From positions 69,378,001 to 69,442,000 of the forward strand of contig OY740785.1 in assembly GCA_963514005.1 (NCBI GenBank): a stretch of DNA of 64,000 nucleotides. The letters are read 5' to 3'. Under the pieces are notes generated by a model, which was not told where the DNA came from, ran no database searches, and was given only the letters and a program-made list of their open reading frames with translations. Below, piece by piece: positions 1 through 12,934 of the stretch; position 1 is the first letter of the stretch, and each line of letters begins with the position of its first letter. The position numbers and the translations under genes were made by a program. The DNA comes from Raja brachyura (taxonomy: Eukaryota).

Positions 1-1526
1 ATGATTGTTATACCGGCCTTAGATTTTGGAATGTAGTTGATAATGTCTATTTCTTTGGAATGAACCAATAACTCCAAACTTTTAACACGTAGTTATATAA
101 TATAAGTTTCCACATGTGGTTTAATGTAAAGTAATCAGATAATACAGTTTTTTGTCAAATGTTGTGCATGTGGTGGACACATGATAGATCGAACGCTAAT
201 GCTGTATGTAGCCTGTTATATATCTCACCGGATGTTCCTTTGAATTTATGGAAATCAAAATGAAGTAGGTGCTTAATGGATATTTGATGATGCAGATAGT
301 CAGTTTTATTCTCAGCTATTTAAGTTAATGGCCATTTTTTCTTTATAAATTTCTTTAAAATAAGACATATCGTTGACTGTCAGAACCACATTACGGCCTC
401 TATGTTTTCAGTTTCGCTAGTATTTTGAGCTCACAATAAGTGTTGTATTAATCAACAACTGTTTTGAGCAAAATAAGCCTGTGGCCTCTCCACCATGCTC
501 CCAAACCAGTCCCCACTCCCAGTTCAAAATCGGTTTTAAAAGAAGTGCTGCAATACAGCAAAAAAAGTAACTGAGAGTAAAGAGAGAATAAATTTGGCAT
601 ACTATGTGCCTCTCTTGTGGGTATGGTTCTTAACATCCCACGTTTGCCTTTTAAGTACATGATATCAAAGACGTATACCTCATAATTCGTCCTCGGTTAG
701 TCTTACTAAATATACTACAAAGTAGCATTTATGCATTGTATTCTGCCTCTGAAATTTATTCATTTTACTTCATTGCATTGGTACTACAATGTATTGTGTT
801 ACACACTGCCAACTGGGAATTTGTATCTTGGCATCAGTCTTTGATTCGACTTGTTTGAGTCATTTCCGTTCACATGCACTGGCATGCTTAAGTGTCATTA
901 CTACAATACACTACCATTCTGGGATTGGATCTGGAGAGAGTTGCATTGATTTTGTTGGGTATCTTAGCACAAACTCTTTGTCCTCTCTTTCCTCTTTTGA
1001 TAGTAAGCTGCAAAGTTCTAACCAATAGTTATTATATCCATTCTACACTCTAGCATTGATGGTTTGCTACTTTCCTGCTGGTTAAAATTTCAACTCCATA
1101 AAGTACTTGCTTTTAAATTTGGCACTATCACACACTTTTATCATTGTTTCACCTGAAAATCTTAACAATTTGCGTTTTCCTTTCCTGTTTTCTGCAACTA
1201 TTTTGCATTTTTAAAAATCACACAAATTAAGACACTGATGAGAAGGGTCCTTTAGCATACTATCCTAATATTTTGCTACTTTTTAAAGTATATTTTTACT
1301 GAAGTTGATGAAGGGAAATATATCCAATCTTCTGAGTTAATTACAAAACAGACTGCAACCAAAGGCAAAACACAGAGTTTGCTCAGTACACACAGAGATT
1401 GTAGACAATATAATCGCATGAAGAGTGAAAGAAACTTGTTTGCAAGAAATACCTATGCTTTTGTCCTTCCTATCATGCATTTATAATTGGAGCGATCATC
1501 AGTCTTGGTATTTGGAATATTTGCTG

Positions 1527-2401
1527 TTAGACTTTAGATTTAGACTTGACAGGAACAGTGCAGAAACAGGACATTCAGCCCACCGAGTCTGCGCCAACCA
1601 CCAAGCTACTTGTACACAAGCACTGTCCCATATACTAGGGATAATTCACAATTTTAACAAAGCCAATTAGCCTACAAACCTGTACGTCTTTGGTGTGTGG
1701 GAAGAAACCCGGAGCACCCCGCGAAAACCGACTTGGTCACAAGAAGAACGTACAAACTCCGTACAGACAGCACCCATAGTCAGGATCAAACCCAGGAACC
1801 TGGTGGTGTAAAGGGCCTGTCCTACAAGCATGCAACTCTATGCGATGAACGCGATCAAACTAGAAGCGGGGGCCGCGCGGAGGTCGGGTGATCCCCTGTA
1901 CAGGGCCGTTCCCACCAGCATGCGCCTGCATGTGGCAAGTGCAACCAAACCGGCAGTAGGGGCCGCGCGGAGGTCGGGTCAGTGGCGCAACGTGGCGCAA
2001 AGTGAGGTGAACTTGGAGCGAAGTCTAAGGTAAGTTCGCCAGGACAGAGAGGGGCACAGAGGCATACACACACAGAGGGCCACAGAGCCACACACATAGA
2101 GGGTCACGGAGGCACCTACAGATAGGTTCACGGAGGCACGATGTCGGGGGGGGGGGTGTGTAATGCGTCGAGGTGACTGCGAGCCGCGCGGAATTTTTGG
2201 ACAGTCAGTTTTTCGGAGTCCCGCGCGGTGTCGGGACGAACTCCGCACAATTCCGCACGGCTCCGGCGATCGAAGTGGGACTAGCCCCACGACGCCGAAC
2301 GGCTCAAGCGACCACGTTAGGTCGCGCTAATCGCATAGAGTTGCATGCTTGTAGGACAGGCCCTTAAGGCAGCAACTCTGCTGCTGCGCCACAGTGCCGC
2401 C
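1527..2401 (-). mobile_element. HE1-like (V-SINE) tRNA-derived SINE, split by a Harbinger MITE at 1812-2364
   Basis: Same family as the intact copies at 34650-34957 and 48400-48709; sequence reads continuously across the insertion (tggtggtgTAA ... ggcagcaactctgctgctgcgccacagtgccgcc). Confidence 0.85.
1812..2364. mobile_element. PIF/Harbinger non-autonomous element (MITE), 553 bp
   Basis: Perfect 35-bp TIRs AGGGCCTGTCCTACAAGCATGCAACTCTATGCGAT; TAA TSD at 1809-1811 and 2365-2367; CpG-rich, so probably young. Confidence 0.92.
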
Positions 2402-2984
2402 AGTGGTGGACAGTAATTAGCTTACTTTTGACAGACATTTTATTGTATCCTACAAATGTGCGCCACAAAATAAATTGTTAACTTCTGTAATAAATATTTT
2501 GGGTAATGTTATTTTGATGCATGAATTTATTTAGCTTGGTATTAACTGGTCTAATGTATGATGTTGACAATTGGGAAATAAAAACTAATTTATTTAGAAT
2601 GGTGCTGATGAAAATCCCAATGTCCAATCTAAAAGGATGCTGGTGATAATAAAACAAATACTCTTTGAAATTGGTGTATTGTTGATGATTTGACAAATAC
2701 CTCATCTACTTAGTGCAAGCTTTGTTGAATTTAAGAGCCTACAGACCTATTATTATGAGGAAATTGAATCCTTTTAATTTGATCAAGACTTAGTAAACAG
2801 GTCACTAAGGACAAATAACGTAATTTCGTCCACGATGGATTGAAGTACAGTCAATCACTAATGCAAAGTGTATGCAAGAGATCGAGGTGTGGATTCCCGA
2901 CTAATTCATCATCTTTCAGCTGGCAATATAATTGTGGACTTTACATAGTTACTTGAAAGCTATTAGCTAGCAGACTTCTATAGC

Positions 2985-4718
2985 TGCCCTCTCCGCTCTT
3001 TGGACAATCATCAGCTGACCAACGATCTGAATGAGTTCTACTGCAGGTTTGCCAAGCAGAAACGTAACCCTGGCACCCCCTCCCCAACAAACACAGCCAG
3101 AACCCAGTCTACAAAGAATGGACCTTTCTGCACCCCCTCCTCCCCATTCACCACTTCACCACTTAGAGTCACCCCTCTCCAGTTACCCCTTCACACCCAA
3201 TTACCCACCCTCCTTGCTGCACAGCATCACCTCCATCATCACCAATAAAAATAGAGGTGGAGAGGCTGTTCAGAAGACGGAAAAGCCAGAAATCTCCAGG
3301 AACGGACAATATTTCCCCCTCTACTCTCAAGCTCTGTGCCGAACAACTGGCACCGGTGTTCACAGACATTTTCAACCAGTCCCTGCAAACCTGTACTGTC
3401 CCTGCCTGCTTCAAAGTCTCCACTATTGTCCCTGTACCCCAAACGGCAAGGATTACTGGTCTTAATGACTACAGGGCTGTCGCACTGACCTCATGAAGTT
3501 TGAAGATATGCAGTTTGCATATTGGGCCAATAGATCAGTGGATGACGCAGTCAACCTGGGCCTGCACTTCATCCTCCAGCACCTAGACCAGGGGACCTAT
3601 GCGAGGATTTTGTTTGTTGATTTTAGCTCTGCATTCAACACCATTGTGCCAGAGCCACTACACTCCAAACTTCCCAAGTTGACTATGCCTGAAACCATCT
3701 ATCGGTGGATCACCAGCTTCCTGACAGACAGGAAGCAGCATGTGAGGCTGGGAAAGCACATCTTGGACCCGCAAACCCTCAGCATAGGAGCACCGCAAGG
3801 CTGCGTACTCTCCCCTCTCCTCTACTCTCTCTACACCAATGACTACACCTTCACTGACTCCTCTGTCCAGCTTCTCAAGTTTGCGGACAACACAACCCTG
3901 ATTGGACTGATCCAGGATGTGGAGGAATCTGCCTACAGACAGGAAGTATCACAGCTGGCGTCCTGGTGCCATTGCAACAACCTGGAGCTCAATGCTCTTA
4001 AGACAGTGGAATTGATTGTAGACTTTAGGAGAGCTCCCCCTCCCCTCACCCCACTCACCATCAACAACACCACAGTCACATATGTGGAGTCTTTTAAGTT
4101 CCTGGGAAGCATCATCTCCAAGGACCTTAAGTGGCGGGGCTACCATCTATTTCACAGTCAAAAAGGGACAACAGAAGATGTACTTCCCGTGGCAGCTGAG
4201 GAAGCACAATCTGCCGCAGGCAATGATGGTCCAATTCTATACAGCCATCGTAGAGTGTGTCCTCACCTTCTCCATCATGGTCTGGTTTGGCTCAGCCACC
4301 AAGCTGAGAAGGTTATTGGCAGCAACTTTCCCTCCATTGACGAACTGTGCACTGCAAGGGCCAGGAAGCGAGCGGGCAAGATCATCTCTGATCCCTCTCA
4401 CCCTGGTCACAAACTCAATCACTTCCCTCTGGAAGGCGACTCCAGACTCTCAAAGGTGCCACAGCCAGACATAAAAGCAGTTTTTATCCACGAGTAGTAG
4501 CTCTACTCAATAACCAAAAATATGTAGCCTCCTTTTGCTCTGGTATTTTATTTAATTCACATGTTTAATCAATAATGTTTTATTATTAATGTTTAATGTT
4601 TTATGTATCATTCTTAACTGACACTGTATGTCATGTTGTCACTTGCGGGCGGAACACCAAGGCAAATTTCCTGTATGTGAATACTTGGCCAATAAACTTA
4701 CTCGTTCATTCATTCATT
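2985..4718 (+). mobile_element. Rex1/Babar-type LINE, 5'-truncated, frameshifted RT
   Basis: ORF pieces 3257-3496 and 3493-4497 with YARILFVDFSSAFNTI, GAPQGCVLSPLLYSLYT, LLKFADNTT; 3' end AATAAA plus (TTCA)n tail. Confidence 0.88.
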
Positions 4719-4914
4719 CTTGATAACTCGGCCTTAAAGCTACTGAAATTTCCTGATTGTCATTAACTATTGAGAGGTTCTGGGTCTTCATGCTGGATGT
4801 ATGCTGTAATGTGCACTTACTCAGTCATGGCAAAACTGAAGTCATCTCTTCAGCCGCCTTAAGAAACTGCATCTTCCCTCTTGTCATTTCTATTCCTAGT
4901 TTAGCATTAGAGTC

Positions 4915-5012
4915 ATGAAGGGTCATTGATCTGAAACATTGACTCTCTTTCTTCTCCACAAATACTGTCCCACTTGCAGAGTATTTCTGGCATTTCCTGT
5001 TTTTATTTCAGT
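4915..5012 (+). mobile_element. Old Penelope-like pseudo-LTR fragment
   Basis: atgaagggtcattgatctgaaacattgactct...cttgcagagtatttctggcatt is a degenerate version of the repeat at 52135-52220. Confidence 0.5.
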
Positions 5013-7719
5013 TCTATTTTTGCTTTTGGAAGACTTTCTGACAGCATTTTCCAAAGATAGGGACTGAGCATATTTTGGTAGTAATCTGATTTGCATATTT
5101 ACTGGTAAACTATTTCCTAGTTTATGGCCAGCTGCAGATTATTTTGTGAGGTGAGAAAAAATGAGTGATTCCCAGGTTTATATTTAATTACAAAAGAAAA
5201 TCTGCCTGACAGCAATTTTTTGTTCATGGTTTATGCATCTGCAGTCTTGTGTATCTCCATGTTAATGGTCTGATAGCTCCTTCCATGGCCAACACCTCTG
5301 CTTCATATCATCAGACTGACTTGGGAAGGTACATTCATGACTGCAATAACATTGAGTCCAAATATTTTAACTCCCTCTACAGTTGTGTGGGAGTGACTTC
5401 CGAAGGACTGCAGTGGTTTATGAAAATCACCATCACCATTTCTGTCGCAATCAGGAATAGTCAATCAAAGCTAAACCATCTGGTGGTGCTCAGATCATGA
5501 AAGATAAATACATTTAAAAAAATGAATACATTTTGGTAATGATAATGCCCCAGTACTTTTTGCGAAGAATCAATAATAACTTTTTGGTCCGCTTAATGCA
5601 GCAGTTTAATGTAATACTTTCTGGTTAGATTCATGAAGAAAAACCAACACAGCACAATTCAGTTGCTGTTGCCAACACCCATTCTTCAAAGTAAGCAATA
5701 CCTTGAACACAATTCATGCATAGTTTTACTTGCAGTACTTTATGAGGTCAGTCTAACATTTTTGTTACAAAGAGCCAGGTAGGAAAGAAACCAGATTAAA
5801 TTAGTCGATATCAATCTGCCAGAGAATTGCATCTTGATGCAAACATCTGACCAAGAGAAACCACACAGCAAAGTCGTATCAACTGAGACACAATTTTATT
5901 GTTTACAGACCAGTTGGATGAGACTTAAAAATACTTGTCGGGTTTGGAATCATGCCAATTTGTTTGAATGGATAATCTACGCCCTGTTTTGGTCTGATTT
6001 CTGTAAACTGGCTGAGAAAGGTAAAAGCTTGGTTCACAAATGCTACTAGGGAAATGAGTTTGAGATAATTTCCAATTGTTCCTCGTTCATTATTTTTGAT
6101 TATTTTAGTCTGTTGGCTTTCAAAGTCTCAAAAAGGTACACTGTTACAGTTTATTTAAATTTTTGCACATCAGAAATACAGATCAGTTTTAATTCCATTC
6201 ATTGATTTACAAATTAAAATCAAGCAGAGTTTACAATAGTTGGCTAGTTTGCAAAGTTAGTTTTATGCCTGGTGGCAATTTGGAAGGCTGCCTTTGTATT
6301 CTTTTCAATCAAGATGAATTCTTATGCCAAATATGTGTACTTTTTCATGTTCATCATATCTCTTTATTCTTTACAAATTTCAAAAGTTGTATACCTTTCC
6401 ATGAATTGAAAGAACATTTGTTTCCACATGTTGTAACGGGTGGAAGCATCATGGTGACACTACAGATAGTACTGTTGGCTTTAGCTGAAAAACAAATGGG
6501 TTCAGTTCTGATTGAAACGTAGAGTTTGCATATTCTACCTGTGACTATGAGTTTTTTCCAGGTGCTCTGGATACCTCCCACATGCAATGAAGTTAATTGG
6601 GTACTGCAGAAAGTGCCCCTCGTGTAAGATGGGTGGTGGGAGGATTGTCTTAGGGAGGAGTTGATGAGGATGTAAGAGGGAATGTAGGAATGGTGTAGAT
6701 GGTGCCCATTGGACTCTGCGCATGTGGTTGGCTGAAGGATTTGTTCCATATAATGTGATCTGTAGCTGTAAAATGTATGGGCATGTGATCAGGCAGAGCT
6801 TGAATTTTTAGTATCAGCACCAGCATGATGAATTAAGTCTCATTTTGTGCTATAAATTTCTGTCCTTCTATGTTGTATGTTCCCAGTGTCAACTTTAGCC
6901 TCTAGCTTTAATGTTTTCATCACATATATTTCCTTTACAAGTCCTATTCTGTTAATTATAGTTTTGTTTCTCTTAAATATAAAATATAAATATCCCATGC
7001 ATCCTTCCTCTATACATTATGTTTAACTATGTTTAGCTTGCTGGACAATGCAACGGCTGACTTACACTATACCCACAATTAGGTTTTGAGAAGCAAATGT
7101 GAAACCTTGTTTTTGAAAAATATTTACTACATAATCAAAGTATCCAGTCCAAATGAAACTATTTTCTCTATTAACTGAATATAAAATATATTCTCTGTCT
7201 TGATTCATAGTTAAAGCAAGCTATTCTGAGCTAGTGAAGCATATTTGTGAAGCTGACTTTGGAATATTAGGGTGCACTTGTCCTGATTCCTCCACAACAC
7301 GTATGAGATAATTTCAGCTGTTTTAATTGCGGCACTACTTTATTGTTTGGGATTGCCTGGTTTTCTTTTCCTATTTTTAGTTCTCACTCCTTTCCTGTTG
7401 GAACTTTGCTGTACACAGCAGACAAACGCTTGAGATGGAAGTTCATTTGAGGATTCAAAGGTGATCCATGGTTTGGAGGAGAAAATTAATGGATATGTAG
7501 TTCATATTGGAAATAGAAAGTGTGATTTGATCTTTTGTTGCGCCAGAGTGTCATAGAAAATTTGCAAATTAGAGGAAGCAATTCAGCCATTATGCCACAT
7601 TCTTCCAGAGTAAACTACTCCGTCCGATTCCTCTCTGTATTTGACAGAAGATGGCAATTATTTTTCTTTCATGCCTACCAGTTCTATTTTAAATTATTGC
7701 TATTGAGTGAGTGCAGCAT

Positions 7720-8180
7720 AGTTTCACCTGGTTATTCGCCGGGATGGCAGGACTGACTATGATGAAAGAATGGATCGACTGGGCTTATATTCACTGGAAT
7801 TTAGAGGGATGAGAGGGGATCTTCTAGAAACATATAAAATTCTTAAGGGATTGGACAGGCTAGATGCAGGAAAAAATGTTCCCGATGTTGGGGCAGTCCA
7901 GAATCAGAGGTCACAGTTTAAGAATAAGGGGTAGGCCATTTAGGACTGAGATGAGGAAAAGAAAATTCACCCAGAGAGTTGTGAATCTGTGGAATTCTTT
8001 GCCACAGAAGGCAGTGGAGGCCAATTAACTGGATGTTTTCAAGAAAGTTAGATTTAGTTCTAAGGGCTAACGGAATCAAGGGATACGGGGAGAAATCAGG
8101 AACGGGGTACTGATTTTGGATGATCAGCTATGATCATATTGAATGGCCTACTCCTGCACCTATTTTCTATGTTTCTATGT
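7720..8180 (+). mobile_element. CR1 LINE (HER1-like) 3' end
   Basis: Matches the 3' part of the CR1 at 48981-49470 (RLGLYSLEFR, LWNSLPQKAVEA); ends gaatggcctactcctgcacctattttctatgtttctatg. Confidence 0.9.
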
Positions 8181-8799
8181 AACTCTGATACTTCCCACCC
8201 TTGCATGCATTGGACACCAAGTTGTCACCACTTCCTGCATAAGGGAAAAAATCCTCTCATCCCTATGATCTTTTGCCTGACACTTTAAACCAGTGTCCCA
8301 GGCCCTTGAAATAATAGGAACAGGTTCTCCTCACTTGGTCTGTCTAAGCAAATCATTATTTTGTATACACTGTGAAATGTCTTTCCAACTTCCTGTACTA
8401 CACAAACTAAAACCTCTCCATTTTAATCTCATAGTTCAAGTATCTCATCTATCGAACCAGTCTAATAATTGTTTTCTCCGCCCTCTCTTGAACCCTTACA
8501 GCTTTCTGTTGACTAGAATTGTACATAATACTCCAGTTGTTAGTTGTGTGGTATTTTATGAAGCTTCTGCATAACCTCCTACATTGTACTTGGTGTTTGT
8601 ATTTGAGGCACAGAATCCCATATTTGTCATTAATTGCGGTCCTGACAATCAACTTTCAAAGGTTGATATGCATATATAACCAAGTTGCTCTCTTCCTGCA
8701 CACCCTTTTGAACGCCATTCAATCTTCACTTTCTCTTTGTATTGGCGAGACAAAGCATAAACTAAACATTTCAACTAAAACTTGCACTCTGTACACCAA

Positions 8800-9440
8800 G
8801 GCCTGCTGGCGCTCTCGGTTGCTAACTATTTAACACTTTTTTTCATTCCCATACCAACCTTACTCTCCTGGGCATTTCCATTGTCAGATTGAGGCCAAAT
8901 GTAAACTGGATGAACATACCTCATATTCCGCATGGGTGACTTAGAACACAATGGTAAGAACATTGAATTCTCCAATTTCAAGTAATACTCCAGCCTGGTG
9001 CGCACACATTTCTCCCACCAAGCCAGACACCTTGCTTCTTCCCCCTCCTTTGTGTACTCATCTCCCACTCTGGAGTCCCACCATTCCCTTTTATCCCCCC
9101 ACATCCCGCTCCCCTCTTGCCTTCAAACTATATCCTTTCATCTCTCCAGCTCCATATTTCACTCTTCCTTCTTTCATTATCTGACACACTTTTGTCTCCT
9201 TTTTACCTCTAACCTTTGCTGTATATTCCACCCATCTGCCAATCAACCCCCCCCCCCCCCCCGCTTGCTTGTGTCCACCTATCACTTGTCAGGCTTTGTC
9301 TCACCCCCCCCCCCCCCCCCCCCCCTTCTCTTCTCCAGCTTTCTCTCCATTCCAGTCAGTTTAAAGAAGGGCAACTCAAAACATCACTGGTCCATTCCCT
9401 CCATAGATGGTGACTGGCGTGCTGGGTTCCTCCAACATTA
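8800..9440 (+). mobile_element. Penelope-like element 3' part (degenerate GIY-YIG C-terminus, UTR, pseudo-LTR)
   Basis: Degenerate AKCKLDEH..IFRMGDLEHNGKNIEFSNFK* followed by a pyrimidine-rich UTR and a decayed aaagaaggg...aaaacatc pseudo-LTR end. Confidence 0.7.
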
Positions 9441-10441
9441 CATGAAGCAAATACATGCAGTGTTCTTTGTGCACTGTTGCAGTTGCATCTCTCCTGTCTC
9501 GATATCATCTCCTTTTTCTTTGTGCCAGAATGTGTCACTGCACACTTCTCTCTGTCAAATGTAACCTGTCACTTGTCTGTCCACTCTGCAGCCTAATTCA
9601 ATCTTGTTATAGTCTCTTCCTGCTAGATTTGTATTATTTTAATGTATTCAACCTGCAGAGCCATTAGTCAGTGCCTACAAAATGATGAAAGATTAACTGA
9701 CAGCTGGCCAAGATATATTCAGAAACATTCATAAACTTTAAACTCTTAATAATATGTTTGAAACGGTTTTGTTAAGAGTTTCAAACATTTTGATAAGAAC
9801 TGACAATAAGTAAAACATTTTATTGAACTAGTTTAAAATGGAAATAATCTAATGTGAAACTGTCCAGTGAAATGAATGGAGTGGCTGTTTCTGGACCTGG
9901 TTAAACTGGCACATGTTCAGCAGGCAGATTCCACAATGAAATGCTGGGAAACTATAGGAAGTTAGCACTCCACAGTTGGACTCAGTGAGGAATCCAGCAT
10001 TGAAGTGTGGTTGGCAAAACCCCACTGAATACCTGTTGTGAAATTTGGGACTTCTGTGCTTGTGCAGGAATCTCAAACTTATGGCTGACAGTTCCACATG
10101 GGTTGCGCCATATATTTTCCTTGTGACATCTAGTTAGCTATTTATTTGCGTGCATTGTTCATGGGGATATTGTTTCCAGCATCAATGATTTTATCTCCAT
10201 GTCGTTATTATGCCATCATTTTACATTCATTTCGAAACTTGGTCTTGGGTCAAAGAACATTGTTTCAAACCATCTTTCCTTGTCTGGTACAAAACTATAT
10301 GCAAGCAAAATATTAGTCAATCACTGGAGCAAATTATGGAAGTCTTTTCTGTGAACAAATCATGCTTCAGTCTCCACTCTGTATTTAGTGATGAATACTC
10401 TATTATTCCCAAAGCCTCACAAGATGCCTTCTACTTAGTAC

Positions 10442-10595
10442 AAGGTAGGAAATGCAGATGCAGGCTTACAAACAAATGCTCAAATAATTCAGCGGTTCAG
10501 GCATCATCTCCGGGGAATATGGATAGGCGACCTGTCCATGTTCTTAAGAGATTCTGCCTAACTTGCTGAGTTTCTCCAGCACGTTGTGCCTTTTA
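10442..10595. mobile_element. Head-to-head Penelope pseudo-LTR fragments
   Basis: Minus arm (aaatgcagatgc...cagcggttcaggcatcatct) joined to plus arm (ctgcctaacttgctgagtttctccagcac). Confidence 0.6.
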
Positions 10596-11254
10596 CTAAG
10601 ATGTGTGTCCTGTGTATTGGGAATTTTTATTTTATTTGTAGTTTATTTTGACCTATTACATATTTGGGCCTTCCAATGATATATAGAAAAATGTTAAATA
10701 ATTGATATTTTAGGCTCCAACATTTTTTTAAATCCTATGTCATTATTTGAGTTTTTCAATATTGTTTTGTCAAAGACAACTGATTCAGTACGTTATTCAG
10801 TAGTGGTTGTGGACAGATGAGCATGATTTTTAAAAATTGATGATCATTGGCACGGTCAATATTTGTTTGAATTGACTATAGTAATACATGTCTTTCAATG
10901 AAGAATTTGTTAAACTGGTTAATTTGTTTTACTTTTATCCATTGTATTTTACTTTTTGTGAAATATGATGGCTTCTGGCTGTAGAATGATAGAGATTCCA
11001 GATTAAATGGATGGTCTTTTGCCAATTAGTCAATTTCAGACTGGGACAGCCTTCATCACAGGTAAATTAGGGAGGGTAAACATTTGGTGTAAATGCCCTT
11101 TTTTACTTGCCAATATTGCCATTGGTTGAGGAGAAAATCAAACTCGTGTTGCATGACTTCTCATGTGTAGATAACACTTGATGGGGGTTTATTTGAGGTT
11201 ACCTAAATTTGGGAGAATTCAATGTTCATATAATTGAGTTGTAAATTAACTCCC

Positions 11255-12598
11255 CCTGCCCATCCCTCTCTGGACCTTGTCAAAGGTCTTGCTGAGGTCC
11301 ATATAGGCAAGGCCCTCTGCACTGCCCTCACCAACCCTTTTGGCGAGCTCTTCAAAAACGTTGAATATATTTTGTGAGAGATGATTCCCCACACACAGTC
11401 ATGCTAACTAGCCGTAATCAGTTTATGTCATTCCAAATGCTGGTAAATGCCTGACTTGCTGAGTTACTCCAGCATTTTGTGTGTATCTTCAAATGCTGGT
11501 AGATCCTGTCTCTAAGAATCCCCCCTAAATCTTTCCACACCATTGATGTCAGGTTCACTGGCTTGTAATTCCCTGGCTTGTCCTTGCTGCCCAACTTAAA
11601 TGAGAGGTTGGGGTTAAATACTGTAATCAAAGAGAGTAAGATTAGCAGACAAGAAAGGCAAGAGCATAGTAAAGAGAGAATGAAAAGCCAGTGATTTAAA
11701 TTGCATTTAATTCCACGCTAGAGGTTTAACAGGCAAGACGGATGAACCCAAGCCATAGTTTGATTCGGGTTATGGTATATAATTACCATAACAGATACAT
11801 GAAGGGAAGGGCAGGCCTGGCAGCTCAATATCCCAAGGGATAGATGCTCCATATTTGATAGAAATGCAGGAAAGAGAAGAGGGGGGGGGGGGTGGCCTTT
11901 TTGATCATGGTGTGCGGTATAACTGCAATGCTCAGAGACAATATTGTTGAGGGATTGTCTAGTGAGGCTATTTGGATAGAACTTAGAAATAGGAAGGGAA
12001 TGATCACTTTGATGGGACTGTATTATAGGACTCCCAATAGCCAGCATAAATTTAGAGGAGCAGATGTGTAGGGAAGTTGCAGATAGCTGCAAAAATAATA
12101 GGGTAATAGTAATGGGAGATTTTAACTGTCCTTATGTTGCCTAGGTCTCCAATAGCGTAAAGGCCTTGGATGGTATGGAATTTAATAAATGTGTCAAAGA
12201 AAGCTTCCTTAATCAGGATATAGACATGCTTTCTGCACTGGTACCCTCCCTCCTGCCAATCTAGTTTAAATCCTTCTGAATAGCGCCAGCAAATCTTCCA
12301 CCCAGGAGATTGGTCTGGAGCTGCAGCTGGGGGCACTTGGCAGAGGCATAGAGTTATAGAAGTCATACAGCACAGAAACAGGCCCTTCGGCCCAGCTCAT
12401 GCCAACCAAGGTGCTCCATCTACACTAGTCCCACCTGCCTATGTTTGGCTCATATCCCTCTAAATGGTTCCTGTGCAAGTACCTGTCCAAATATCTTTTA
12501 AATCTTATGGTTCTGCATCAACTACTTCCTCTGGCAGTTCATTCCATATACCCTATGTGGAATATGCCATTATGATTCCCATTAAATCTTTCCCCTCT
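11255..12598. mobile_element. Cluster of older CR1 fragments in both orientations
   Basis: Minus RT piece (GSKDKPGNYKPVNLTSMV, ~11255-11603), plus endonuclease piece (~11690-12215), minus 3' end (~12350-12598). Confidence 0.7.
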
Positions 12599-12934
12599 CG
12601 CCCGCAGCCCGTTTGTCCTTTTGACTTTCTGTGTTATTTTTAGTGTGTCTAAATGTGTGTTTTAATGTTTCTTGGTATGTCTGATTTGGGGGGTTGGGGG
12701 GTGGGGGTGGACCTCGACGGTCCACCCCCACCGAGTCACTTACCTCGACGGAGATGTGACTTTTCTCCTTGTCACATCTTCGCCCCCCTCGTGGCCTAAC
12801 AACTGGATTGGTGCGGTTTCTCCATCACAGTGAGAAATGTTGATTCCACTTTGATGAATGTTTATGTTAAACTCTATTGTGTATTGTGTTCTTTTTACTT
12901 GTATGGCTGTATGGTTTAATGAACTGTATAAAAA

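Noticed and set aside
7381-7460. Candidate exon (tttttag|TTC...AAAG|gtgatc)
   Set aside because: Weak donor and no recognisable protein similarity; cannot be supported without transcripts.
9247-9325. Poly-C runs and proline-rich ORFs (also poly-G near 32511-32532)
   Set aside because: Homopolymers inside Penelope UTR and LTR; ORFs are low-complexity artefacts and run lengths may be sequencing-affected.
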